Shown here one piece after another: positions 19,393 to 29,306 of a stretch of 64,000 nt of DNA. The stretch is from Cyanobacteria bacterium P01_A01_bin.123. Lineage in GTDB: Bacteria; Cyanobacteriota; Cyanobacteriia; Phormidesmidales; Phormidesmidaceae. Location of the stretch: contig JBCBZT010000021.1 in NCBI GenBank assembly GCA_039815185.1, positions 1 through 64,000 on the forward strand, read 5' to 3'. The position numbers and the translations under genes are program-made. Position 1 is the first letter of the stretch, and each line of letters opens with the position of its first letter. The notes under the pieces were generated by a model. That model saw only the letters and a program-made list of their open reading frames with translations. It ran no database searches and was not told the DNA's origin.

Positions 19393-21126
19393 TTAAGGTT
19401 GCAATGCATCTAGCGGCAAGGCTTCTAAAATTTTGAAGCGGACATGGTTGATGGCTAACTCCCCCAGTTTCACCTCTGGGTCGCCCTCAGCGGTCTGAAC
19501 CTTCTCAAAGGTGACTTCTTTACCCATTTCTACGTGATACCAGGGCAATCCCATAAAAAAACGAGTGGGGTAAGGGCCACCCTCCACCACATCATCAACA
19601 TTGGACTCCATCGGTAACCAGCCATACCCCGGGACAAAAAACTCAATCCACACGTGGTTGAAATCAGGTTCTAGGAGCAAGCCAATGTGATCGGCATGGG
19701 GCGGGCATTTATAGCGTCCGACAGTGCGGCAGGCGATGCCGTTCAATCGACAGAGGGCAAGTAGCAGACCAACGTATTCTCCACAGGAGCCAATCCCCCG
19801 TTCGAGCACGACATCTGGTGTATCGATGTGGGGCCGAATGCCGTAGGAGAGGCGATCATACACATAATTGCGAATGCTCAGCACCTTTCGCAGCAGATTG
19901 GTTTCGCGGCCTACAGCAACTTTTGCAGCAGCTTGGATAGTGGGGTTATCCATGGCCAGTTCATCGTCGTCGATCAAGTAACGCTGTTGATAGTCGGCGG
20001 AGAGGGGAGATACCCCTTCAACCTGGCGGGGAGAGAGTTGATATTTAATACCACCCACTTCGATTTGGGCTTTCCAGCCCAACAAATGGCTTTCATGGGG
20101 ATTGAGTTCGTCAAAGTGGAATACGACTGTCCGCCGACCATTAACCTGTTCTTCTCGAAAGGGAACCCCGACAGGTTCTACGTATGTGAGTGTTTGCCGA
20201 TCGGTGTCGGCAGGCAACGCCATTCGCCATTCAACGTTGTGTAGTTGGATGGCATCAAGGGGAGAAATCTCTTCGACATAAGCCATCTCAATCCGATAGC
20301 GGTTGGAGAGCACATAGCCTGCATCGGCGTGATAGCGAAAATGGAGGGGGGCAATGAAGGTGCGATCGCGAAAGGTGAGCTCAAATGGATCGACCGCATT
20401 GGGATTGTCGCGAATATAGGGTTCTTCGTTGGCATAAGCCAACCAAACTGTCCCAACTGTCGGGGTTGTTTCAGGCAGTACTGCGATCCCCGTTGGTGAA
20501 GCAAAGGGGGTGAGCGCACTCATCAGCACCTCGCCTGTGGCTCGATCGAGGCAGTATACCGTTTGTTCAGTTTGGTCACAGACCCAGAGATAATCTCCCC
20601 AGACTGTAATATTTTCGACCCCAATGCCGGGGGCTGGGAATTTAGTGATGCGCCGTCCCGTATCGCTGTTGAACACCAGGATTGCCCCGGCTTTTTGGCA
20701 GGTGACATAAATAGTAGACTGCCAAACTGCAACCCCATCAGCCGTGTAGGGCAGTTGCGAAAAAGGTGTTGGCAGAGGATTTTGCAAGGGACAACGCAAA
20801 ATCTCTTGGTTGCGGGTAATCCAAACGGTGTCTTCCCACAGGGCAAGACCTGTCGCGTCTACGTAATGGTCAATGTGGCTATGGTTGACAATCGTAGCGT
20901 CATCACTCGCAGGGTCGATATCGAGTAAATAACCCCGAATCAAGTCTAGCCCCAGCAGTCGATTCTCCTGAAAAGCGATGCCCTGGAGTGCATAAGCGCC
21001 AATAGGTCGGATCAGGCGATTGCTCGCCGTCTTAGCCATAGCTGGAGGCGTATCGGGGGATAATGGCCGAGCAGATAGAGAAGAGTTTGACATTACAGGC
21101 GATCGCACCAAAATCTGGACATTCAC
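19393..21126 (-). CDS. Transglutaminase-like domain protein with N-terminal beta-propeller-like region
   Basis: GSCGEY...NHVWIEF catalytic pattern. Confidence 0.88.
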   Translation of the reverse strand: MNVQILVRSPVMSNSSLSARPLSPDTPPAMAKTASNRLIRPIGAYALQGIAFQENRLLGLDLIRGYLLDIDPASDDATIVNHSHIDHYVDATGLALWEDTVWITRNQEILRCPLQNPLPTPFSQLPYTADGVAVWQSTIYVTCQKAGAILVFNSDTGRRITKFPAPGIGVENITVWGDYLWVCDQTEQTVYCLDRATGEVLMSALTPFASPTGIAVLPETTPTVGTVWLAYANEEPYIRDNPNAVDPFELTFRDRTFIAPLHFRYHADAGYVLSNRYRIEMAYVEEISPLDAIQLHNVEWRMALPADTDRQTLTYVEPVGVPFREEQVNGRRTVVFHFDELNPHESHLLGWKAQIEVGGIKYQLSPRQVEGVSPLSADYQQRYLIDDDELAMDNPTIQAAAKVAVGRETNLLRKVLSIRNYVYDRLSYGIRPHIDTPDVVLERGIGSCGEYVGLLLALCRLNGIACRTVGRYKCPPHADHIGLLLEPDFNHVWIEFFVPGYGWLPMESNVDDVVEGGPYPTRFFMGLPWYHVEMGKEVTFEKVQTAEGDPEVKLGELAINHVRFKILEALPLDALQP

Positions 21127-21191
21127 TCAGGGGTATATCTTAAACAGAATCCGAAGGCATCTTTGTATTCAAGCCATCAGTGCTGTGATCC

Positions 21192-23576
21192 TTATTGTTC
21201 TATATATCGCGACGGGCTCGGATTCACGCGATAACAGTTTCGCCCTGCGGATTTAGCCAAATAAAGGGCTTGATCAGCCAATTGAATTAGCTTATCTACT
21301 GAAAAATTAGATTTTGGGATCCTGCTTGTGACCCCTAAACTAACGGTGACATAAGGGGCGGCGGGAGAAGTCCGATGGGGAACCTGTAGCTTTTCAATGG
21401 CACTGCGAATCGATTCTGCGACTTGAATGGCGCCGTCCAAATGAGTTGTTGGCAGGACGACCGCAAATTCCTCGCCGCCATAGCGGGCAATCAGATCGCT
21501 AGGCCGTTTCACGACCTGCTGTAGGGTTGCCGCGATATTTTGCAAACAAGCATCGCCAGCTTGGTGTCCATAGGTATCGTTATAGGGTTTGAAGGCATCC
21601 ACATCGCACATGATCAGCGAGAGGGGTTGTTGTTGCCGCAACATACGCTGCCACTCTTGGGTCAGCTGATCGTTGAAATAGCGACGATTGGCAATTTGGG
21701 TCAGGCCATCCATAATCGCCAAGTGTTTCAGGGTTTCATTGGTTTTCTGCACCTGTAGATAAAGCTGGGACTGTTGAATCGCGATCGCGAGTTGGTCAGC
21801 CATCGTCCGCGCAATCTCAACGTCTGACTCTTTCCAGGGTTCAGGAAAATTAATTTTGATAGCGCTTAATGCTCCCCAAATGCACCCGTCAATGGCAATA
21901 GGCACTAGCAACCAGGCACCTGGGAATTGCTCGGCCAAGGCTTGATTAATCGGGTCTTGACACTGCCGCACTGCATCAGCAATTTGAACGACTTGCAGTT
22001 GTTTGAGCTGAGCTGCAACAGCATTGGCTTCATCTGGAATTTCTGGGGCTGCGTCACTGGGTAACTGATCGCTGGTGCTGTGGGTAGCTAGACTGCGCCA
22101 GAGCTTTTCTTCAGAGAGGTATCGCGCAATGCTAACCCGATCAACCTGCAACAGCAGCGCAATTTCAGCCACTGCTGTCGCAAACACGGCGGATAAGTCT
22201 AGCGATCGCCCGATTGCCCTAATCACTTTGGTAATGGCTTGCTCTCGCTGAAGCTGATGCTGCATTTGGGTGTAAAGCTGCTGCTTTTGCACCGCGATCG
22301 CCATCTGGCTAGCAATCTGCTGGAGCCAATCAATCTCTTGGCTACACCATTGACGCGGCCCGGCGCAATGTTGAGCTAATAGCAACCCCCACCGCTCCCC
22401 CCCCTGCAAAATGGGTATCGTGAGATTGGCCCGGACTTCGTACTGGCGTAGCCAGGTGACATAATCATGATCGAGCTCAGCATTCAAAATATCGGCAACC
22501 GCTTGAACCTGCCCTTGGTGCTTGGCATCGGCGTATTCTGGCGTATCTAAACAGAAATCTTGGCGGTCTTTGTCCAGGATTTTAGGCCACCCGCCTGCTA
22601 CCGATTCAACGATTACCGCACCTGCTCCAGCGGTTTCAAACCGATAAATCATCACCCGGTCGGTCTTAAGCAGTTGCCGAGCCTCATCCACAGCAATCTG
22701 GATAATTTCTATCCCATTGGTCGATTCGCACATGCGGCGAGTCACCTGTGTAATCAAGCGTTCCCCTTCTGCTTGTTGCTTCAAAGCAGTTTCAGCCCGC
22801 TTGCGATCGCTAATATCTTGAACAATCACCCCATAGCTTTCAATATTGCCTGCCTGATCATGAATCTGGGTCACATGAATGCAAGTCCACTGGGTTTGCC
22901 CATCTTTGCGCAAGAAGCGTTTTTCTATGGAAAAGGCATTGATTTCCCCTGCATGCATGAGGCCCATCATGTGCAGATCAGTGCCCAGATCATCAGGGTG
23001 GGTTAATTGTTGCCACCGTCGATGCTGTAATTCTGCTTTGGTATAGCCCAGTAAATTGCAAAAAGCATCATTAACGCATAGGTACTGACCAGAAACATCT
23101 GTCCAGGTCATCCCGATGACACTTTGGTCAAATAAGTTAGCAACGAGCCGAGTTGCATCATCACGCCTGAAGACCTGGAATAAATGGTCATCCTTTAAAC
23201 GATCATTGCGTTGATTTGCCAGCATGGTCAGTGCCATTTGCAAATTCTGTATTTCGCTGAATCTAAGACGGTGCAAAAGCGCAGAGGGGTTTCCCTGCCT
23301 TTGGGGAATCAGGTGATGGGCTAGGTCGCTAAGACGACGCAGACTGCCTGCAATCCAAAAGCCTTGTAGTAAGCCTAAGCTACCTACCCCTAAAAGCCCT
23401 ACTAACAGACTGATACTATCGCTGCCACCGCTGGAATTAGCAGCCCTGGAACCTAACCCTTGAATGAGTGCTACGGTAATGGCGAGTTGTAATACGTGGG
23501 GAGTCAGCAGACGGGCCAACACTGGAAGACTGCTCAGGCTGCTTTGTACCCAGCAGAGTAGTGATGAAGTCCGCAT
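21192..23576 (-). CDS. Diguanylate cyclase: TM + PAS/PAC + 2 GAF + GGDEF
   Basis: THPDD PAS, two GAF domains, DGLTQIANRR, RYGGEEF, I-site RPSD. Confidence 0.92.
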   Translation of the reverse strand: MRTSSLLCWVQSSLSSLPVLARLLTPHVLQLAITVALIQGLGSRAANSSGGSDSISLLVGLLGVGSLGLLQGFWIAGSLRRLSDLAHHLIPQRQGNPSALLHRLRFSEIQNLQMALTMLANQRNDRLKDDHLFQVFRRDDATRLVANLFDQSVIGMTWTDVSGQYLCVNDAFCNLLGYTKAELQHRRWQQLTHPDDLGTDLHMMGLMHAGEINAFSIEKRFLRKDGQTQWTCIHVTQIHDQAGNIESYGVIVQDISDRKRAETALKQQAEGERLITQVTRRMCESTNGIEIIQIAVDEARQLLKTDRVMIYRFETAGAGAVIVESVAGGWPKILDKDRQDFCLDTPEYADAKHQGQVQAVADILNAELDHDYVTWLRQYEVRANLTIPILQGGERWGLLLAQHCAGPRQWCSQEIDWLQQIASQMAIAVQKQQLYTQMQHQLQREQAITKVIRAIGRSLDLSAVFATAVAEIALLLQVDRVSIARYLSEEKLWRSLATHSTSDQLPSDAAPEIPDEANAVAAQLKQLQVVQIADAVRQCQDPINQALAEQFPGAWLLVPIAIDGCIWGALSAIKINFPEPWKESDVEIARTMADQLAIAIQQSQLYLQVQKTNETLKHLAIMDGLTQIANRRYFNDQLTQEWQRMLRQQQPLSLIMCDVDAFKPYNDTYGHQAGDACLQNIAATLQQVVKRPSDLIARYGGEEFAVVLPTTHLDGAIQVAESIRSAIEKLQVPHRTSPAAPYVTVSLGVTSRIPKSNFSVDKLIQLADQALYLAKSAGRNCYRVNPSPSRYIEQ

Positions 23577-24107
23577 TGGTTGGTAAGAGTAATAAAGACA
23601 TCTAAAATGCGTAAATTTTTGTCCGTGGGGATACCTAGGCTCTGGTTAGTAGACCGCAAACCTCAGCAGATTGTGGCTAACTAGAATAAAAAATCTATAC
23701 GACCTTCCGAGCGAAAGCCTGTTTGGATCAGGTGTTCAACCTGCTTCAACAAATCCAATTTTTCCTCAGGAATGTTTCCTTTCTAAACAAAATATTTAAA
23801 TTACTTCCATTAAATCATTTCTATTGTCACGGTGAGTTCAATCTGCTGGATTTGCAGCATTCAAAGCTTTTTAAGCTTGATTTATGCCGCTACACCTCAT
23901 AAAAACGCTGATTTAGGCATTTAGCTGTAATCTCATGTGCCAGGCATTTCGGATCGCTGAGCGCCTTTGTTAATAATCCACACTCCTGACAGGGAATTGA
24001 GTATGGGGTGATCTCAGGGGGGGAGGGGCAGTCAGCACCGACCAATTACAAAAGTTAAACAATCTGTTAAAAACAAGGAAGAGATTTTTAAGAATGGCCT
24101 ACGCCTT

Positions 24108-24494
24108 ATGTTGACTGACATGCTCCCCTTTAGTATTCACCTTGACCCAGCAGCGATCGCGGGGGCAGCACTTTGGGCGTTGGCACTCTATCTTGGGCTT
24201 TCCCCAGTCGCTAATTGGCTGATCACCCAGCTAAATCGCTGGTTTAACTTTGCGGAGCGATCGCTTTACATTTCTCAACAAGAATTTGAACGGACTCGTA
24301 AAGCCAGAGAATCGCAAAATGCCTTTTATGCCTCCCTATTCAGCATCATTCCCTTTGGCATCTGCGGGATTTTGCTCCATTGGGGATTGGAGGTGGGTAT
24401 GGGGCAAAGCTGGTCGATTAGTGTCGGCATTATTGCCTGCATGGGTAGTGCGGTTTACGAACTGGGTCGTCGCAGTAGCCAAGTTTCAGATTAG
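24108..24494 (+). CDS. Conserved cyanobacterial small membrane protein
   Basis: RWFNFAERSLY...RESQNAFYAS...YELGR pattern with TM segments. Confidence 0.75.
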   Translation: MLTDMLPFSIHLDPAAIAGAALWALALYLGLSPVANWLITQLNRWFNFAERSLYISQQEFERTRKARESQNAFYASLFSIIPFGICGILLHWGLEVGMGQSWSISVGIIACMGSAVYELGRRSSQVSD

Positions 24495-24585
24495 TGAGGT
24501 TTTGCGCATCTACAACAATAACAATTGAGGACGCACAGCAGCGCGTCCCCGGTCGTGGCAGCAATTGTCGTCAATTCAAGGATGA

Positions 24586-26064
24586 CTACTTATGGCGAAT
24601 GTGTTCATAGACGTCAACATATTGCTCGCCTGGATCCTGCCAAGAATAGTCATAGGCCATGCCCTGTAGCGCTAACTTTTCAAAATCTTCGGGGTAGAAG
24701 CGATAAAGGCCAATTGCCCGATCCATAGCCGACTCCAGCGCGGGGAAATCGCTTTGGAAGAAAACATAACCATTGCGTGCTTCAGGGTCGTGGTCTTTAT
24801 CGTAATCGCGATCGAAGACGGTGTTAATCAAGCCACCTACGCCACGCACAATGGGGACAGTTCCATAGCGTAAGCCAATCACTTGGGTCAATCCACAGGG
24901 TTCGTAGTTGCTGGGCACCACAATCATGTCAGCTGCAGCATAGATCAAATGGGCGAGTTCTTCGTTAAAGCTCAGTTCAAGATGACAATCAGGGTTGTCA
25001 TTTAAGTAATTCTTTTCATGCCAGAACCAACTGTTAATGCCGGTTTCTGTGGCGGAACCCAGCAGCACAAACTGAGCATTACGACTGAGTGCGTAATACA
25101 ACGCATGGTGAACTAAGTGGACTCCTTTTTGATCATCCAGACGGCCGATGAAAGCCACTAGGGGTTTATCGCCTTGGTCGCTCATCAAGAGCCGTTCTCG
25201 CAATGCCTTTTTATTCTTAGCTTTTAGGTGAAAGTCTTCGGCCGTGTAGTGTTCGGCAATAAAGCGATCGCTTTTGGGGTTCCAGGTGTCGTAGTCGATG
25301 CCGTTGAGAATGCCAGCAAATTTGTAGTGGTATAGCTCTAGGGTATGGCCCAAACCGTAGCTCACACCGGAATACCGCGCTTCCCAAGCGTGGTGGGGCG
25401 AAACCGTATTGATATGGTTGGAATAGACAATCCCCCCTTTCATAAAGTTAATCGCGAAGGGATTGAAGTTATCACGCAGTTTTTCATAACTGAAGTAGTA
25501 AGGCTCGTTGTTGAGGCCAGTGGCCCAAAGGATTTCAGACCCACCCGTCCCCTGATGCTTAAAGTTGTGGATGGTGTAAGCGACTCGTTGATTTTCCATA
25601 CCGTGGAAGCGATATATTTCATACAGCATCACGGGGACTAGCCCAGTTTGCCAGTCATGGCAGTGAATCACATCTGGGCGCTTATTAGACTGCAACAAAA
25701 ATTCGAGCGCCGCCTTGCTAAAGAAAGCAAAGCGCATGTTGTCATCTGACCCGCCGTAATAAAGGCCTCGGTTGAAATAGTTCTCGGCAGAGTGGGGCTG
25801 AATGAAAAAACATAGTTGCCCATGCACCCAACCACAAAATACTGAGCAGTGGATCCGATCGCCTTTCCAGGGCACCCACAAATCGCGATAGGCATCGTGC
25901 AGTCCCCAGATTTGGTCGTAGCGCATGCAGTCATACATCGGCAGAATTAACTCAACGGTGTGACCTCGCTGTTCTAAGTCGCGGCTAAGGCCATACACCA
26001 CATCTCCGAGCCCTCCTGCTTTAATCACAGGCGCACACTCAGAAGCAATTTGCACGATGTACAT
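24586..26064 (-). CDS. glgA: Glycogen synthase
   Basis: KAGGLGDV, HCHDWQT, EPCGLTQ. Confidence 0.97.
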   Translation of the reverse strand: MYIVQIASECAPVIKAGGLGDVVYGLSRDLEQRGHTVELILPMYDCMRYDQIWGLHDAYRDLWVPWKGDRIHCSVFCGWVHGQLCFFIQPHSAENYFNRGLYYGGSDDNMRFAFFSKAALEFLLQSNKRPDVIHCHDWQTGLVPVMLYEIYRFHGMENQRVAYTIHNFKHQGTGGSEILWATGLNNEPYYFSYEKLRDNFNPFAINFMKGGIVYSNHINTVSPHHAWEARYSGVSYGLGHTLELYHYKFAGILNGIDYDTWNPKSDRFIAEHYTAEDFHLKAKNKKALRERLLMSDQGDKPLVAFIGRLDDQKGVHLVHHALYYALSRNAQFVLLGSATETGINSWFWHEKNYLNDNPDCHLELSFNEELAHLIYAAADMIVVPSNYEPCGLTQVIGLRYGTVPIVRGVGGLINTVFDRDYDKDHDPEARNGYVFFQSDFPALESAMDRAIGLYRFYPEDFEKLALQGMAYDYSWQDPGEQYVDVYEHIRHK

Positions 26065-26190
26065 ATGCTCTCCTCTCGTAATAAAACTTTATTATCTTGT
26101 TCTTATTCAAGCAGGAATTTTCACCAATGACTACGGGATAGTGCCATTTGATTGGGATGATTGTGGTGTGAAACATTAGCATTAGAACCT

Positions 26191-27204
26191 ATGGATATGG
26201 CCCAAAAAGTCGTTGTCAACGCCTTCGGAGGCGTGGAGCATCTCTGCTTGGTGAACCATGCCATTCCTCAACCCTCTGCCCACGAAGTGGTGGTCCGCCT
26301 CACCAGTATTGGCATGAATCAAGCTGATTTAATGGCGCGGCGGGGGGAATATCGTTTGATCTCGGGCAATCCTCCGTTTACGCCAGGGATTGAGGCGGGG
26401 GGCGTCATTGAGCAGATAGGCACTGGAGTAGATGAGCGAACTTTGGGGCAACGCATCATCCTCAGTTTGGATGCCCCATCGTCTCAGGGTTTGGGTAACG
26501 GTACCTATCAATCTCACTTTGTGGTGCATGCTAGCAAAACGATTCCCGTACCAGATGGCATCCCCGATGAGTTGATTGGGGCCTTGTGGTTACCGTTTTT
26601 GACCGCCTGGGGCTGTTTGATTGGTCAGCAGCATTTGCAACCGGGGCAGACGGTGCTGTTGCCAGCGGCAAGCAGCAGTGTTGCGATCGCGGCCTCACAA
26701 ATCGTTAAGCACTATGGCGGTATTACCATCGGTACCACCACCCGCCCTGAAAAGGTTGAAACCTTAGAAAAAATGATGGCTGCCCAGTTCGATCATTTGA
26801 TTGTGACCCGTGATCCCAATTGGTGGCGCAGTGTCAAGAAACTCACCCAGGGCAAAGGTGTAGACATTATTTTCGACCCAGTGGCGGCTGGTGCATTTCT
26901 CAACACCGAAATTCGCCTTTTGGCTCAAGGGGGCACCCTGTGGGTCTATGGATTGCTCGGCCAACCCGATACCGTCGATGTCACCCCACTGATTCGCAAA
27001 CTGGCTTCAATCCGAGGCTGGCTCCTAAACGCTGTGTCAGGCAGCGATCAAGAGCAATCTGCATATGCCCACATTCTGACGAATGTCAGCAACGGGACTT
27101 ACCAACTGCCAGTTGCCGCGCAGTTTTCGCTGGCAGAGGTGCAAGCTGCCCACAGCTACATGGAGCAAGGGAAACACATCGGCAAGCTGATCCTAGTACC
27201 TTGA
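26191..27204 (+). CDS. MDR/quinone oxidoreductase-like dehydrogenase
   Basis: PGIEAGG, AASSSV, GVDIIFDPV, HIGKLIL. Confidence 0.88.
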   Translation: MDMAQKVVVNAFGGVEHLCLVNHAIPQPSAHEVVVRLTSIGMNQADLMARRGEYRLISGNPPFTPGIEAGGVIEQIGTGVDERTLGQRIILSLDAPSSQGLGNGTYQSHFVVHASKTIPVPDGIPDELIGALWLPFLTAWGCLIGQQHLQPGQTVLLPAASSSVAIAASQIVKHYGGITIGTTTRPEKVETLEKMMAAQFDHLIVTRDPNWWRSVKKLTQGKGVDIIFDPVAAGAFLNTEIRLLAQGGTLWVYGLLGQPDTVDVTPLIRKLASIRGWLLNAVSGSDQEQSAYAHILTNVSNGTYQLPVAAQFSLAEVQAAHSYMEQGKHIGKLILVP

Positions 27205-27327
27205 ACCTAATCCTCCCTGATTCCACTCACTGAGCCAAGTCAGGGGCAGAACAAAGGGAGTAGGGACAACGTGAAGACCGGCGCTAGCAAGTCTCATCCT
27301 CTAGCTGTCAGGCCTATCACCAAGCAT

Positions 27328-27918
27328 CTATTCCGCCTCAGATGTCTCCCCAGTGTCATCAGGTGCCTCTTCCGATTCGCTATCCCCTGAATCATTTGGT
27401 TCAACAGCATCTGGAGTGTCTCCGTCTGTCGGTATACCAGACGGCGTCGCTTCAGGTACGGTTGGTGTTTCGGGCGGTGTCGCTTCAGGTACGGTCGGTG
27501 TTTCGGGCGGCGTTGCTCCGGGCACGGTCGGTGTTTCAGGCGTTGTAGGATCAACCGCTTCAGGGTCAGTCTCTTCAGGATCAGCTTCTTCAGGATCAGC
27601 TTCTTCCGGATCAGCACCTTCAGAATCCGGTGTCGTTTCAGGTGAAGCACCAGATGGAACCTGGGGGATGGTACCGCGATTGGAGCCGTCAATCAAAATA
27701 ATGACCTCTGGGTCTTCCTCAGTCGCTTCTGCTTCTGCATTCGTGCTGGATTCGGGAGGTTCGCTATCAATACAAAATTCTTCTAAATCTACAATTTGAC
27801 CCGTTTGATCAATCATCCAGCAAGGGCTAGGCACACTAGCAGGATCATCAGCACGGGCAACCGTTCCAGGAAGCGAAATTGCCAAAATGGGTAAAACACA
27901 CCATAAATAACGAATCAT
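27328..27918 (-). CDS. Secreted acidic Pro/Thr/Glu-rich repeat protein
   Basis: Signal peptide, C-x15-C motif, PEEAD and TVPEATPPETP repeats. Confidence 0.7.
   Translation of the reverse strand: MIRYLWCVLPILAISLPGTVARADDPASVPSPCWMIDQTGQIVDLEEFCIDSEPPESSTNAEAEATEEDPEVIILIDGSNRGTIPQVPSGASPETTPDSEGADPEEADPEEADPEETDPEAVDPTTPETPTVPGATPPETPTVPEATPPETPTVPEATPSGIPTDGDTPDAVEPNDSGDSESEEAPDDTGETSEAE
27440..27625 (-). repeat. Coding tandem repeats (33-bp and 15-bp units)
   Basis: About three copies of a 33-bp unit and about four to five copies of a 15-bp unit (ttcaggatcagcttc-like). Confidence 0.75.
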
Positions 27919-27997
27919 CGCAATGTCCTATGAAGAACTACACGTAAATTTTACAATAACTTTATAATTATCTGTTCTTAAGCAGAGATTTACCGAA

Positions 27998-29002
27998 TCA
28001 ACTGGCAAAACGCAAATCGACGATTAAGGGCCGATGATCCGATCCAGTATCAGCCCCCGTATAAATATTCGTCGTGTCTAGCTCAGAGCTGATTAGACAG
28101 TGATCGATGGGAATTAAAAACAGCGATGTTAGCCAACCCGGGATGCGATGATAAGTGCCTTTAGTTGGCCAGGTGGGCAAAATCCCAAAATCGTCACGGG
28201 CATTGTTTAGCCTGGTTTTATTGACAAGGCGTTTGTAATAGGGCGACCACATTGTGGTGTTGAGATCACCGGCAAGAATCACTGGCCCCTCTAGCGTTTC
28301 TATGTATTGGCTGACCAGATCGAGTTGTCGATTACGCGCCTGAAAAAAACTAGATTTTGCGGGGGGTAGTGGGTGAGTGGCGAGTAGGTTAACTGACTGT
28401 TCTGCCACGGTTATTTGAGTGACTACGCTAGCGTTATTTTCAGTTCCAAAGAATTCTATTGTTGGATTGCCAAGTTCTAAATTGCTATAGACCAAAATTC
28501 CCAAGTTATAGGGATTAGTTTGCCCAGAAGAATGAGGCAGTAGATCGCTTAGAGTATCTAGCTGACTTTTCCAGGCATCGTCTACTTCCATAAAAATTGC
28601 TAAATCAGGCGTTTCAGATCTAACTAAATTTATGACTTTGTCGTAGCTTTTATTCTGGGTATTGACATTGGCAATCAATACCCGCAAAGCTGATTCTAAT
28701 CGAGCCCCTGAAGATAATTGTGCTGGCGGGAGATACCAAGGAAGAATCTGAGCTGATAAAAGCGCGCAAAAAAAGAATCCTAATAAAATCAAAAACCTAC
28801 GTCTCAGCAGTATCAAAATCCCCATCAAAATTAGGGAAAGCAGAAAATATTGAACTTGGAAATGACAAAAGATTTCTAAATAAATTTTCCAGCCGTAGCG
28901 AGAGGTCCCGTAGGAGAAGAGTGTAATGACGACGATCGCGCCCAGAATCAAAACTGATAGCCCCAACCCTAGACATGATTTCGACGAACTTTTCTCAGCC
29001 AT
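27998..29002 (-). CDS. Endonuclease/exonuclease/phosphatase family membrane protein
   Basis: N-terminal TMs; ANVN, FMEV, LAGDLN, IPIDH, GSDHRP. Confidence 0.9.
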   Translation of the reverse strand: MAEKSSSKSCLGLGLSVLILGAIVVITLFSYGTSRYGWKIYLEIFCHFQVQYFLLSLILMGILILLRRRFLILLGFFFCALLSAQILPWYLPPAQLSSGARLESALRVLIANVNTQNKSYDKVINLVRSETPDLAIFMEVDDAWKSQLDTLSDLLPHSSGQTNPYNLGILVYSNLELGNPTIEFFGTENNASVVTQITVAEQSVNLLATHPLPPAKSSFFQARNRQLDLVSQYIETLEGPVILAGDLNTTMWSPYYKRLVNKTRLNNARDDFGILPTWPTKGTYHRIPGWLTSLFLIPIDHCLISSELDTTNIYTGADTGSDHRPLIVDLRFAS

Positions 29003-29306
29003 CTCTGTCCTTCTCCTCAAACTGCGCCTTTAACGTAACAAAAGCATTCACTATAGAGGGATATCTATCCCTAACATGCGAGTTATTTTTCCTGGAAAAT
29101 GCCTTGTCGTGTCGCTGGCTACTGCTTAGAGAGACAGGATGATATCAAATCTAACTACACCTGATCTTTGGCCAACCTGTTACTTGAAAAAGAACGGCAA
29201 GTTTTCCGTTTTTTGGCAGCGGGGGTTGATCTTGAGACGGCTCTCTACCCAGTAAGATGCTGGACGATAATGACGACCAGGCAATTTTCTATACGGGGTG
29301 ACTGTG

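Noticed and set aside
23640..23720. c-di-GMP riboswitch upstream of the diguanylate cyclase
   Set aside because: A weak hairpin with GCAAAC is present, but the two-stem GNRA/receptor architecture is not.
27294..27799. Alternative-frame repeat ORFs and possible CRISPR-like repeats
   Set aside because: The repeats are contiguous in-frame coding repeats with no unique spacers; other frames are open only because of the repeat.
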